Shown piece after piece: positions 1 to 13,430 of a stretch of 64,000 bases of DNA. The notes below the pieces were generated by a model. It saw only the letters and a list, made by a program, of their open reading frames with translations, searched no databases and was not told where the DNA came from. Position numbers and translations under genes: made by a program. The stretch's first letter is position 1. Each line of letters begins with the position of its first letter. The stretch lies in NCBI GenBank assembly GCA_964016885.1, contig OZ024743.1, positions 165,416,001-165,480,000 on the forward strand, read 5' to 3'. The DNA is from Eledone cirrhosa (taxonomy: Eukaryota).

Positions 1-332
1 TTTTCGGGATGTTTCTTTTTCCAGTTGATATATGTCTGTTCTGTATTCGATGTATTTGATGGGTAGTACATGGCAGTGTAGAAAGCCTCAAGGACTTCTT
101 CATTATCTTCCCTTGACCATTTTTCTCTCTTTTTCTTTGGATTTCTTGGTGGTGAGCATGGAGGGCCAACAGTAGGAGTATTCCGGTTATGGGAGGTCTC
201 CAGCTCCGAAGTGATGGGAAGGTTTGAACCATTAGCTGATTTTTCGACCCCAGTCTGGTTCCTCTCTGAGGGACGCGGCCCTTTTTTACCCGGGTGACGG
301 CCGATCCGGTATGAGATTTTATCATTAGACAT
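1..332 (-). CDS. N-terminus of an R4/Dong-type non-LTR retrotransposon ORF (runs off left edge)
   Basis: Hand translation from ATG at 332: MSNDKISY...KKKREKWSREDNEEVLEAFYTAM..., matching the pattern RTNWTKELNRTVMQCY at the start of the Dong-type ORF at 60222-60494. Confidence 0.6.
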   Translation of the reverse strand, partial: MSNDKISYRIGRHPGKKGPRPSERNQTGVEKSANGSNLPITSELETSHNRNTPTVGPPCSPPRNPKKKREKWSREDNEEVLEAFYTAMYYPSNTSNTEQTYINWKKKHPE

Positions 333-904
333 TTACTTTATTTTGTCGCGTTTTATCCTTATCCGCCAAGGGGTAATCATTTCGTGTTACCACTTCTAGA
401 ACGAGTGTCAACCAAGACTAGAGGGGTCGTTCTCCCCTAGAGACACGGCTATTCCCCGCCGGCCGCCATCCCGGTATTTCTTGGTCGCGGGGTTTTCATT
501 TTGTTGTTTTTTTAAATTGTTATTATCATGAGTGGTTCCTTAATGTGAGCATTGCGTGGCTTAAGAATGAAATTATTAATAATTGTCTCCACTCCAGGCA
601 CAAGGCCAGCAATCACCCAGTGCATTACAATAATATAATATACTTTTTGTTGTGGTTGGCTGTTATAGTTGTTGGCTATGTCGGTGGTGGTGCCGGGGCT
701 TTTTATATTGTTGGTGAGGAAGGGGTGAGCGAGCAGTCCCATAATTGTTGATGTGGCCAGGTCACTAAGTCAATCTATTTATATCTTTTGCTAGCCTCTC
801 CCTTGTCTAGTGATACCGCCACCTTCCCCTTTCTCTCTCAAGTTAACAGGGGAATAGTGGTGGTAGCATTGAAGGAGTGGTGGCGGCGGGGAGATGTGGG
901 AGAC

Positions 905-1399
905 AGTAGCGACGGTATCGATACTGAGACAGTGGTGGTGGTGATGTCGATACCGAGGCAGTGGTGGCGGTGATGTGATCGTATTACTGTAGCGATGGTG
1001 TTGTAGCGGTGGCAGCAATGAGGGAGTGGTGGCGGCGGTGATGGGATAGCGGTGGTAATGATGGCAGTAGTGAGTGGTGGTGGTGAAATTGCCGTTATCT
1101 GGCTGTTGTGTTTAGTGTACACAGAGAGGTGATGGGGTAGGTGTTGTATCTAGTTTCTGGTGTTGTTTGGCTGTTCTATATAGCGTAGACAGAGGAGGGG
1201 GGGTTCTTCTTCCATTTATAGCCATTTTCTTTTTTGAATATACAATGTACAATACAAAGTTGAATATTTGAATATTTGAGCCTTATAACAATATATTTTG
1301 GGTCCGAATTTTTTTGGGGCTCAAGCCGGATGCTTTACGTAGCATTTGTACTAAGAGTTGTTATTTCACAAATGATTTAAATATGTTAAAAATTCAAAA

Positions 1400-1400
<1 letters not shown>
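905..1400 (-). repeat. ~500-bp non-coding leader shared with 61025-61500
   Basis: Near-identical sequence (gatactgagacagtgg...gggctcaagccgg...aaattcaaaac) at both places, each upstream of a minus-strand Dong-type ORF. Confidence 0.9.

Positions 1401-1460
<60 letters not shown>
1401..1460. repeat. (ATT)n microsatellite at the 5' junction of the Tx1/L1 element
   Basis: Pure ATT run. Confidence 0.98.
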
Positions 1461-1579
1461 GGCGACCTACATAGTAAATCGTATCATCGTGAGCTCCGCA
1501 AAGGTTTGTAATTTTCAGTTATTTAAAATTGCCATTCATGGAACATTTTTATTGTTAACTCTATATAAGTGCGCATACA

Positions 1580-2775
1580 TTTCCAAAACAAATCCTCCTG
1601 TAGTTTTGTCGTATTTTCCAAAACAAATCTTGTATTGTTTGTTATTGCTTGTTAAATACGAGGTTTTTGTTGTATTTTACAAAACAAATCTTGTATTTTT
1701 GTTATCGCTTGTTAAATACGAGGATCTTATTCAAACCTTACCTTCTCGCTAACAACTCAACATTAATTCTATCGTATTTTTCAAAACAAAACAAAATCCT
1801 TCTTCTTCTTATAAATTCTTATAAATTCTTTTAAATATATTTGTTATTTCGAGGACCGTATTTAAACTCTTAATTCCCGCTCCTACTATCCTCTCCCCCT
1901 CCCCTACTCCATGAGGGTTCGCGGTCAGCCACCCCACTCTACATCATGCGGCCACCCCCCCCCCATCTCTCTCTCTCTATCTATATATATGAGATAAACC
2001 CTTCAAGTAATCACATTCGCCAAATTCATGGCTGCTTCCTTCACGGTATATAATGTAACGTAATGTACACATTTTTCTACCATTTCCACACTCCACTCAA
2101 AATCCATAGTCCAACCCATCCGACAATTCTATAGCATTTTCTCTTCCCCGAATCCAATCTTGCCTCGCTACTCGCTACTCTATCGTATTTCCAAAACAAA
2201 TCCTCCTGTAGTTTTGTCGTATTTTGCAAAACAAATCTTGTATTTTTTGTTATTGCTTGTTAAATACGAGGATCTTATTCAAACCTTACCTTCTCGCTAA
2301 CAACTCAACATTAATTCTATCGTATTTTTCAAAACAAAACAAATCCTTCTTCTTCTTATAAATTCTTATAAATTCTTTTAAATATATTTGTTATTTCGAG
2401 GACCGTATTTAAACTCTTAATTCCCGCTCCTACTATCTTCTTCCCCTCCCCTACTTCATGAGGGTTCGCGGTCAGCCACCCCACTCTACATCTTGCGGCC
2501 AAACCCCCCCCCCCATCTCTCTCTCTCTATCTATATATATAAGATAAACCCTTCAAGTAATCACATTCGCCAAATTCATGGCTGCTTTCTTCACGGTATA
2601 TAATGTAACGTAATGTACACATTTTTCTACCATTTCCACACTCCACTCAAAATCCATAGTCCAACCCATCCGACAATTCTATAGCATTTTCTCTTCCCCG
2701 AATCCAATCTTGCCTCGCTACTTGCTACTCTATCGTATTTCCCAAAACAAATCCTCCTGTAGTTTTGTCGTATTT
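1580..2775 (+). repeat. Tandem ~550-610 bp monomers in the LINE 5' UTR
   Basis: ccaaaacaaatcctcctgtagttttgtcgtattt recurs at ~1583, ~2191 and ~2742 with near-identical intervening sequence. Confidence 0.92.
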
Positions 2776-2979
2776 CTGAAAAGGACACTCAAAAATATTG
2801 GTGCCTTGAGCCCCAAATTTAAACTTTTTATAATTATCAAACAAAAATTTTTCTTTCAAAAATAATGGATTACTCAATCACTCCTTCCTCACAATCCAAC
2901 ACCTCACACCGACACCACCATTGTAAATATTGCTACGTTTGCCAACACTGGAATTGTAAGCAGTAGCAATATTTTTAAT

Positions 2980-4789
2980 TTGTCTCAGGCAGACGTTCAT
3001 TTCCCGCCATTACCAATGACTGCAGGTGTTAAAGTCGCCACCACCACCACCACCACAGCGACAACAGAAACAAAAGAAAAAAATAAATTAACTCATGATA
3101 TCGAAATGAATTCAACCAAAATGAACTCTTCCACACCGAACACCACTGACGCCACCACCACCACAACTGAAACTAAAATTAACAATAGCAAAAATAACGA
3201 TAATAACAACAGCAACAATGAAATTAAGAAAACTAGCCTAAGTTTTGCCAGAGTAGCAAAAACGTGCGAAGCGATCCAGGTAACTTAGGAAGAATTAGAC
3301 GAAGCCAAAGGAATGGTAAAGAAAGATGGGTACAGGGTCAGCCTCCCCACCCAACCTAATAAAATGGAGCAACGGCGCCTATGCACCGTGTCTTATCGGA
3401 CAATAAACACAAAATCGCGCCGAGTGGAACGGGCATCTGAGTCCCAAATCCAAAAAGCTTTGGGACATGTGTGGGCAAAAAAAACCCACATCAGACGTGG
3501 GCAGAAGTATGGAACCGTGGACGTGTTCTTTGAAACACCACAGGAGGCCAGAGAACACTCCATGGCCCCATTAAGAAGTGACGACTTCACACTCATCCCA
3601 AGCTATTGTGGCCAGAGACTTGTGAAGATCAGGGTGACCCACGTTCCACCAGCCATCGAAATTCCCTGGCTAATGGCTGCCGTCCTCGCCGGCATCGAGG
3701 CCAACACCAAAATAATAGAAATAGCAAAAGAAAAGCAGGAGAACTGGTCAGGATCTGGGATGGAGGTCCTGATCCAAGTGGATCATAAAAGCATTGAGGA
3801 GATCCCAGAGGTAATAGATCTCACTGACGGCAGTCACCTCACCGTAATCGTCGAGGGCAGAAGACCTAGGTGTGTCGTTTGTGGTGAAGGAACCCACCTA
3901 AGGGCTTTCTGCCCTCAGGCTAAAAGGGTGAGGCCACCTCTCTTACCCACCCCAGTGACTCAACCATCAACACCACCAATAGCAGAAATGGCAGCAACAA
4001 CTGTAGCAGCAACAACAGAAACAACTGTAACAGCAACAACCCCAGCAACAGTAGCAAAACCAACACCACCACCACCCAACGCCCCAGAACTAGCACCAGC
4101 GCCTACACCATCCACCACGCCACAACCAAAACCAACGCCTGTGGAGGAATTTCCACTCCCCGGCTTATCGAAACTGGAGACAGATTGTGACGACGAGGAG
4201 TGGGAAACGGTATCAGGAAAAAAGAAAAAAAGAAGCCAAAAAAGAAAAAAATTCTCTTCCCTCCCCCTCGAAAAACAAAATACAGAAGGAAACAAATAAA
4301 TTAGCAAACAAGAAAGTTAAGACAGATATGCCACCGTCCACACCAGCATCACCAACCCCATCACCAGAAACACCAACACCATCACCATCATTAACCCCAA
4401 CACCACCATCACCAACACCACAAAAGTCACCAAAAAGCGTAAGAGAAACAAACCCACAACAAACGCAAACAAAACAAAACAACCAAAACAATACACACTA
4501 CACAGCATTAAATTTGAACAACAACCAATTATTACACTACATGCAACACAACACCAGCATCACAGAAAAAGACTACACAACAACCCAAAAGTTCACACAA
4601 CCTCCACACATACAAATCACTCGCATCACACAGAAAACGTACACGACACTAAAACAAAAATTCCCCAAAGACATCGGAGACTTCCGACAAACACTCTCCA
4701 GGAGGATTTATAAGGACATCCTTCCGGAGGAGGCCACAAGCAGTGAAAAGGATGGACACACCATCCTTCCTCTACGAGAAGTAAGGTAA
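2980..4789 (+). pseudogene. LINE ORF1 (gag-like, zinc knuckle), disrupted
   Basis: CVVCGEGTHLRAFC (CX2CX4HX4C); in-frame TAG at 3286-3288 and a frameshift near 4200-4300 link ORFs 2980..3288, 3313..4299 and 4187..4789. Confidence 0.82.
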
Positions 4790-4823
4790 GTGGTCTTTCC
4801 CATCTTTTCCACTCCATTTCAAC

Positions 4824-7800
4824 ATGACCTCACTCAGAATAGGCAGCATAAATGCGCGTGGCTTGGGGTCGTCATGGAAGCAGGGCCACCTGCTCAACGA
4901 CCTCAGGTTAATAAACATAGATGTAGTGGCCATCAGCGAGACCAGAATCTCTGAAGCACGGGCCTTCGCACCGATCTTCGGCGGCTACGATGTGTACGCA
5001 TCTCCCAGCCGTCCGGGATCGGGGGGAGGAGTTGCTGTGCTTTTTCGGAGAGGTTTGGATCACGCCATTGGGCCATCTTCCTGGACCCAGAGGGTAAGTT
5101 GGTGGTGCTAGACGTGACCAGCGGAGACGGGCAAGCTTTCAGGCTAGTGGCCGTCTATGCCCCGACAGGAGCAGGGCGGCCTGATTTCTTCCGGCGTCTG
5201 GAGACCTTTCTTGGAACGTCCCGCTCTTTAGTGTTAGTGGGCGACTGGAACGGGATCTTAGATGCACGCTGGGACTGTGTGGGATTAGCTGATAGGGGAG
5301 GAGGGTGCAAGAGCCTCACCAGCCTGCTCAGGCGTTTTGAACTGTCTGACAGGTACCGATTCGATTTCCCGAATGTGCCAATATGGACTTGGACAAATCG
5401 CATAGGGTCATCCAGATCATATCTAGATAGACTATTTTGTAGGGAAATATATAGGTCTAGCATAGGCTGTCCACAATTCAAGATAGTCAGCTACACGGAC
5501 CACAAATTCGTGATCTGTGTGCTTGACTTAAATAGGCTTCATAGACGAGGACCCGGCTACTGGAAGCTAAACGCGTTCTTACCAGCGCGCAAGGCCTACA
5601 GAGACCGGATTAGCGAACTAGTTAAGCGGCCGTTGACGGGAGCCATCGTCAACAAGTGGTGGTTTGCTCTGAAAAGAGCGATTAGAATAGAGTCCATTAG
5701 GTTTAGTAAGGCTTTAACAATAGAGAAAAATAGAGCAGAGGGAGAACTCGTTAGAAAATTAGACGAGGCGCTTAGCAAAGGCATCGCGACCGTCGTGCTT
5801 GCGGCGAAATTGGCCCTTGACCAATTCTTCAATGCAAAGCACGAAGGCTGCATTGTCAGTGCTAGGGTGCGTGCTCTCACACACGAGGGGACGAAAGCCG
5901 TTCAATGGGCCCGAGTGGCGGAGGCGCGTTGTGGCAACAAAGCCACGATCCGGTTTTTGGTGGACCACAACGGGCGCATGCTACTCGATCCCGGGCAAAT
6001 GTGTGAACCTTTTTAGCGACACTCTGCTCGGCTGTTCGGGGGCAGCGGTGGTCCGGGTCGAGGGATGGACTTTAGTGTCTACCTCGATGGACTGCCGCGG
6101 CTCTCGGCCACTGAAGCGAAGAGTTGCGAAAAGCCAATAACAGCCGCTGAAATACGGGAGGCAATGACTGGCTGCACAAAGGGTAAATCGCCTGGTTTGG
6201 ATGGTCTGCCCTATGAACTTTACGTACCGATGCCAGACTTGTTCAGAGGCCTCTTGGCGGACGTCTACTGCAACTGGCAACAGAACGGGAAAATTCCCAG
6301 TTCTGTGAGCCGAGGAGCTGTGGCACTGCTGAGAAAGGATCCGAACAAGGGGGATAACATAGATAATTTCAGGCCCATAACTCTGCTAAACACAGAGTTC
6401 AAGATTTTGGCCAAGGTGCTAGCAAAGAGGTTGGCGCTTGTCGTTCGTGGTCTGGTGGGAGAGGCGCAGACATGCGCCATTCCCGACAGATCCATCCACG
6501 ACAACTTCCACCTCATGCGATACATCGTAGAGAGGGTAGCTAGGGAACCTGGCATAGGTGGGTCCTTGATCAATTTAGATCAGCGGAAAGCTTTCGATAG
6601 GGTCGACCATCGTTACCTAGCGGCAGTCCTGAGGGCGACTGGCTTTGGGCCCGTCTTCAGAGGCTGGATCGCTGCCATGCACAGCGACATCTGCTCTGTG
6701 GTGAGAGTGAACGGTCACCTTTCGGAACCGTTCAACATCATGCGCTCGGTCCGCCAAGGATGTCCCCTCTCGTCCCTCTTGTACGTATTGACTCTCGAGC
6801 CATTACTGCACAAACTGGAGACGTTGAGGGGCGTCCCGCGCGAACTAGGATGCGGAAGATCCGTGTCAGCATATGCGGACGATGTCACCGTAGTGATGTC
6901 GAACGCCAAACACATCGAGGCGATCAGCACTACACTAAGAGAATACGAAGCGGTGACAGGAGCAATGATCAACCAGGAAAAGTCAGTGGGCCTGCAGCTC
7001 GGCACCTGGAGAGGCAGGTCCATGCCGTCCAACAGCGTCGTCGGACGCTGGACGGACGGACCGGTTAAATTGCTAGGGGTCTGGTTCGGTCCAGACCTCC
7101 AGACGGACAAAAACTGGGACGAGGTGACGAGTAGGGTGGCTTCTCTCACCCAGAAATGGGCGGAGAGGAAGCTATCCCTGAAAGATCGAGCGGAGGTGGC
7201 TAACGCGTACATCGCGTCTGTCATCTGCTACCGCCTGACCGTCGTACCTTTTCCTAAGCCCCGCCTGACTGCGCTGGAGCGTTTGCTCTTTCGCTTTTTG
7301 TGGAAGGGACGCGCTCCGATAGTCAGGCGGTCCATCTGTTGTCAACACCCACTACGTGGAGGGCTGGGCATGCCGTGGCTGATGATGCGCAGACACGCGC
7401 TCAGGCTACGACATCTCCACCTCTTCCTCGACGGTGATCAGGTGCTGTCGCCGTTTGCTAGACACGTATCTCCCCAGCTCGTTTCTTTGAAGGAGCTGCA
7501 GTCCTGGGTCAAGCGAAGACCGGGAGGGAGCGCCTGGAGACTGGAATGTCTTCAGGCGCTGACAGCCCTCGACCAATCGGGCAATGTGATCGATGGAAAC
7601 TCCACCTCGGCGTTCTATAGAGGATTAGTGGAGGGGAAAAGCGACGACGTACTTGGGGAAACTCTAGGCGTCGACGAAAATCAACTAGTCAATCACTTCG
7701 GGAGAATTTTCGGGCCTGGGCCTATGGACAACTTCCAGAAATCTCTGGCCTGGCAGTGCTACCGAGGAGCTTTTCCAGAGGGTAAGTTGGTGGTGCTAGA

Positions 7801-10800
7801 CGTAACCAGCGGAGACGGGCAAGCTTTCAGGCTAGTGGCCGTCTATGCCCCGACAGGAGCAGGGCGGCCTGATTTCTTCCGGCGTCTGGAGACATTTCTT
7901 GGAACGTCCCGCTCTTTAGTGTTAGTGGGCGACTGGAACGGGATCTTAGATGCATGCTGGGACTGTGTGGGATTAGCGGATAGGGGAGGAGGGTGCAAGA
8001 GCCTCACCAACCTGCTCAGGCGTTTTGAACTGTCAGAGGTCTACAGAGACCGAATTAGCGAACTAGTTAAGCGGGCGTTGACGGGGGCCATCGTCAACAA
8101 CATGTGGTGGTTTGCTCTGAAAAGAGCGATTAGAATAGAGTCCATTAGATTTAGTAAGGCTTTAGCAATAGAGAAAAATAGAGCAGAGGGAGAACTAGTT
8201 AGAAAATTAGACGAGGCGTTTAGCAAAGGCAACGCGATCGACGTACTTGCGGCGAAATTGGCCCTTGACCAATTCTTCAATGCAAAGCACGAAGGCTGCG
8301 TTGTCAGAGCTAGGGTGCGTGCTCTCAGACACGAGGGGACGAAAGCCGTTCAATGGGCCCGAGTGGCGGAGGCGCGTCGTGGCAACAGAGCCACGATCCG
8401 GTCTTTGGTGGACCACGACGGGCGCATGCTACTCGATCCCGGGAAAATGTGTGAACCTTTTCAGCGACACTTCGCACAGCTGTTCGGGAGCAGCGGCGGG
8501 CCGGATCAAGGGATGGACTTTAGTGTCTACCTCGACGGTCTGCCGCGGCTCTCGGCCACTGAGGCGGAGTGTTGCGAAAATCCGATAACAGCCGCTGAAG
8601 TACGGGAGGCAATAACTGGCTGCACAAAGGGTAAATCGCCTGGTTTGGATGGTCTGCCCTATGAACTTTACGTACAGATGCCAGACTTGTTCGGAGGCCT
8701 CTTGGCGGACGTCTACTGTAACTGGCAACAGAACGGGAGAATTCCCAGCTCTGTGAGCCGAGGAGCTGTAGCGCTGCTGAGAAAGGATCCGAACAAGGGG
8801 GATTAAATAGATAATTTCAGGCCCATAACTCTGCTAAACACAGAGTTCAAGATTTTGGCCAAGGTGCTAGCAAAGAGGTTGACGCTTGTCGTTGGTGGTC
8901 TAGTGGGACAGGCGCAGACATGCGCCATTCCCGATATATCCATCCACGACAACCTCCACACCTCATGCGATACATCGTAGAGAGGGTACCTAGGAAACCT
9001 GGCACGGGTGGGTCCTTGAACAATTTAGATCAGCGGAAAGCTTTCGATAGGGTCGACCATCGTTACCTAGCGGCAGTCCTGCGGGCAGCTGGCTTTGGGC
9101 CCGTCTTCAGAGGCTGGATCGCTGCCATGCACAGCGACATCTGCTCTGTGGTGAGAGTGAACGGTCACCTTTCGGAACCGTTCAACATCATGCGCTCGGT
9201 CCGCCAAGGATGTCCCCTCTCGTCCCTCTTGTACGTATTGACTCTCGAGCCATTACTGCACAAACTGGAGACGTTGAGGGGGATTCCGCGCGAACTAGGA
9301 TGCGGAAGATCCGTGTCAGCATATGCGGACGATGTCACCGTATTGGTGTCGAACGCCAAACACATCGAGGCGATCAGCACTACACTAAGAGAATACGAAG
9401 CGGTGACAGGAGCAATGATCAACCAGGAAAAGTGAGTGGGCCTGCAGCTCGGCACCTGGAGAGGCTGTTCCATACCGTCCAACAGCGTCGTCGGGCGCTG
9501 GACGGACAGACCGGTTAAATTGCTAGGGGTCTGGTTCGGTCCGGACCTCCAGACGGACAAAAACTGGGACGAGGCGACGAGCAGGGTGGCTTCTCTCACC
9601 CAGAAATGGGCGGAGAGGAAGCTATTCCTGAAAGGTCGAGCGGAGGTGGCTAACGCGTACATCGCGTCCGTCATCTACTACCGCCTGACCGTCGTACCTT
9701 GTCCTAAGCCCCGCCTGACTGCGCTGGAGCGTTTGCTCTTTCGCTTTTTGTGGAAGAGACGCGCTTCGATGGTCAGGCGGTCCATCTGTTGTCAACCCGC
9801 TACGTGGAGGGCTGGGCATGCCGTGGCTGATGATGCGCAGACACGCGCTCAGGCCACGAAATTCCACCTCTTCCTCGACGGTGATCAGGTGTGGTCGCCG
9901 TTTGCTAGACGCGTCTTTCCCCAGCTCGTCTCCTTGACGGAGCTGCAGTCCTGGGTCAAGCGAAGACCAAGAGGGAGTGCTTGGGGACTGGAATGTCTTC
10001 AGGCGCTGACAGCCCTCGACCAATCGGGCAATGTGATCGGTGGAAACTCCACCTTGGCGTTCTATAGAGGATTAGTGGAGGGGAAGAACGACGACGTACT
10101 TGGAGAAACTTTAGGCGTCGACGAAAATCAACTAGCCAATCTCTTCGAAAGAACTTTCGGGCCGGGGCCTATGGATAACTTCCAGAAATCCCTGGCCTGG
10201 CAGTGCTACCGAGGAGCTTTGCCAGTTCGGGATAAACTCTACAGGCATGGAGGTGCCGTCAGCCGGGCATGTTCGAGATGCGCGCAGGGCGACGAACCGT
10301 CCTGCACGCACTCGTCCAGTGTCCGAGCATTGCTGAATTGTGGGTTTATGTCGAACACCTGCTGTCACCTGTAGGACGGATCCAGCTATCAGCTGAGTCC
10401 ATCGTGAGGATTGACCCGCACTCTTCCTTTAGCCGGGAAGGGCAGGCAGTTTTTTATCTGTCTGGTGGTAATGGCGAAAGAGATAGTATGGTGGACACGT
10501 TTGAAAGGGCTGAAGACGAGCACTTACCTCTTCGGTGATACCCTGATTAACTTTTTCAAATTTCATTTGAAAAGGAAAATCAGGGTAGAGAGGGAAGTGC
10601 TCTCTTCCCAGCATTTTGTTGAAAGATGGGTGAGAGAAGCAAGTATGGCCCGAGTATGTGTCTGTAAATTAAAGGTGGAAAACTGGGAGAGGGCACTTGC
10701 CTTGGTGGTCAGGGTCATTGTGGCTTTTTACTGGGCTTTCTCCACAAATGTCCCTCCGAAGTCTCCCCCCTATTGGGGAATTTTTCATTGTTATTTTTTG

Positions 10801-10893
10801 TTACATCCTCTGTTTTTGTTTTTTACACGCAGAAATGCCCATTTGTACCGTCCTGCATTGTCCTGCACTGTCCTTAATGTCTACTTTATGTAA
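4824..10893 (+). pseudogene. LINE ORF2 (APE endonuclease, reverse transcriptase, C-terminal CCHC), disrupted and partly duplicated
   Basis: SINARG, ISET, GDWN, YLDR, TDH (APE); KSPGLDG, FRPITLLN, KAFDRV, VRQGCPLS, YADD (RT); CSRC...HALVQC across a frameshift; stops at 6014, 8804, 9433. Confidence 0.95.
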
Positions 10894-10915
10894 ACCCTTG
10901 TGGTTAATAAAGAAA

Positions 10916-11000
<85 letters not shown>

Positions 11001-11486
11001 CACTACTATGAAAATATTTTATCTGTCAGATAATAAATAATTCTTACGGTCAGCAAACCTACAGTAAAGTAAATGGTCCATTGTTTCAAGCCCCAGGTTA
11101 TCTCTACACTATATATAATACACCCCATGGTAGCTTTTACATGTCAATTTCATACATCTGCTTCGTATCAGCTCGATATTTATTGGCTGAGAGCTTATGA
11201 CTATCGCAGTATTTCGGCCAATGGAGTATCTCTTCCTTCGAGGCATGATCTAAAAGCAGTATGAAGTACACTAAGACTAACTGATGTAATCGTATGCAAT
11301 TGTTGGCCTTGTTTGTTTATATATTTTTTTTGTGTATGCAAACATATCTGTCAGTGATGCATGTAATTATGTAATCGCCGGCCTTGTTTGGTTATATTTT
11401 GTTCTTGTGTATGCATCGTATGTAATCGTTGGCCTTGATTGTTTATATTTTGTTTTTCTGTATGCATATATATATATATATATATA

Positions 11487-11697
11487 GGAACGAGTAGGAC
11501 CCCGACGGCTGAGCACAAGCCGTTTCGACGGCTAATTCTGGACTAGAATTAGCCAGAATTAGTCCTGAATTAACCGTCGAAACGGCTTGAGCTCAGCCGT
11601 CGGGGTCCTACTCGTTCCTATTACCCACTCTACTACCCTAAGTATTGAGTACTTTGGTGCGTTATGGTCCACCTGGTTCCTTACCACATTTCCTTCG

Positions 11698-11700
<3 letters not shown>
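11487..11700. repeat. Short dispersed repeat with inverted end; other copies 32137-32277 and 42435-42575
   Basis: gaattagccgtcgaaacggcttgagctcagccgtcgg...cttaccacatt shared by three copies, all abutting (TA)n; 11487-11548 is an inverted copy of ~11560-11620. Confidence 0.85.
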
Positions 11701-11756
<56 letters not shown>

Positions 11757-11973
11757 TGATGTCTATTGAAACGTACGTTAGAACCGAATAAATCTCTTTT
11801 ACTGCATCTTTCTGTTACTTTTGATTCTTTATACACGCCCCGGAGTACAGCTAAACTGGAATATACACCAATTTTCTGCATTTCGTTGAGCACCACTCTG
11901 TTGTAAGCTGACCTTTCCCTACACGTTACATAACACTGTGTCCTGGAAAACCTTAATGCACTCGTACATAACC

Positions 11974-12041
<68 letters not shown>

Positions 12042-12329
12042 CATATTAAAGTTTAAGCAAAGAATCGCTGCTTTCAACCTTAACGGGACCTTCTGAAACT
12101 AAAAAAATCAATCTGTGCACGCAGATGTAAATATTTCGAAAAACGTTGCAACCGAAGGAAGACAGGAAGACGATACTTTGGTTCGTGAAGACGTTCCCTG
12201 GCATAAGAATATATATATATATATGCACACACTATATATACATACACACACACACACACACTGATCGAGTCATAATGATGTAATGCAGACAGTCAGGCAT
12301 ACAGACAGATATTATAAGGGCGCGACGTT

Positions 12330-12562
12330 ATATCTATGTATCTATCTAAAATGAGAAACACTAAGAATTATAGAGAGAGATCGCTAAATCGCCTAATGCA
12401 GTCCCTAGAGCATTGACAATTTGAATTTTTGCGCAAAACACTCACGGGACCATAAGTGTTACATGTGGAGAGTTTAAAAAAAACTCGGTTGGGTGATTCT
12501 CGAGTTTTAGTGATTGGACAGACAGACAGAATGACAGAAATTCTCTGTTTTAGTAATATAGA
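12330..12562 (-). mobile_element. Probable 5' part of a non-autonomous Helitron-like element
   Basis: Minus strand starts TCTATATTACTAAAA followed by a (CTGT)n tract, as in the adjacent element. Confidence 0.45.
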
Positions 12563-12566
12563 TATA

Positions 12567-13430
12567 CTAGCAGTAAAGCCCGGCGTTGCTCGGGGTCGCT
12601 CAGTAGCTGTGTTAAAGTTACAATGTTAAGTTTCTTTTTTGGCTTAAAAACTGTAGTGTCTACTGTGCAGACTTGCATGTGGTGTTTTTGATTAATATTC
12701 CCTCAACCAACAATATGCCTTATGAAGTTAAGAAAACATAACGATAACCCGAATGTTATAACAAAAGAGGATGCTGGGGATAAAAACTGCACTGGTTATT
12801 TATTAACAAAGATCGAAAATGTAAACACTGCAACGCAGAGAAAAACATTAGCGTAACCAAATTATCAGTTATGTCTGTCTGCACGCCTATATCACCTCTC
12901 TGCACGACTGTCTGTCTGCACGCCTATATCACCTCTCTGCACGACTATCTGTCTGCACGCCTATATCACCTCTCTGCACGACTGTCTGTCTGCACGACTG
13001 TCTGTCTGCACGCCTAACGACGAAATATTTGCTTGTTTTACGTACTCTTTAAATAGACTTGTTTTCAAGTAAAAATATTGTTTTAAAATGCTTTTAAATG
13101 GAAATGAAGCAAAACGGAAGCTTAGTGTTCGAACTGATGAATTTTGCAGGTCAATATTTTGCTGGCTCGACAACTGTTAAAGCCAGCGTAATTTTTTACG
13201 TAAGACGCTCAATGTAAACAGAACAAAGGGAAATAACTGATAACTTACGCTCAAAAATCGATACATTATATTCGATTTCGTCACATAGGGTGGGTCAATT
13301 TGAAATTTTTTTTTCCGATGTCTTCGCTAGGGCTCAATGTACAAGTATAGCAATTTCGGTGCAATTCCGTGAGAGATTCTAAGAGGAGATGTGTGCCAAA
13401 AATCGATAGACAGACAGACAACCACAGTTT

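Larger units (their letters stand above)
1461..10993 (+). mobile_element. Tx1/L1-clade LINE, apparently full length, inactivated, with internal duplication
   Basis: 5' UTR with tandem monomers, ORF1 with CCHC knuckle, ORF2 APE+RT+zinc motif, AATAAA near 10905 followed by (ATT)n 10918-10993. Confidence 0.9.

Noticed and set aside
788-1122. Pro/His/Thr-rich ORFs
   Set aside because: Low-complexity GGT/GGC-rich part of a repeated non-coding leader
5155-10614. Antisense and alternate-frame ORFs over the LINE (likewise over the Dong and RTE elements)
   Set aside because: Shadow ORFs of the RT coding frame with no independent motifs
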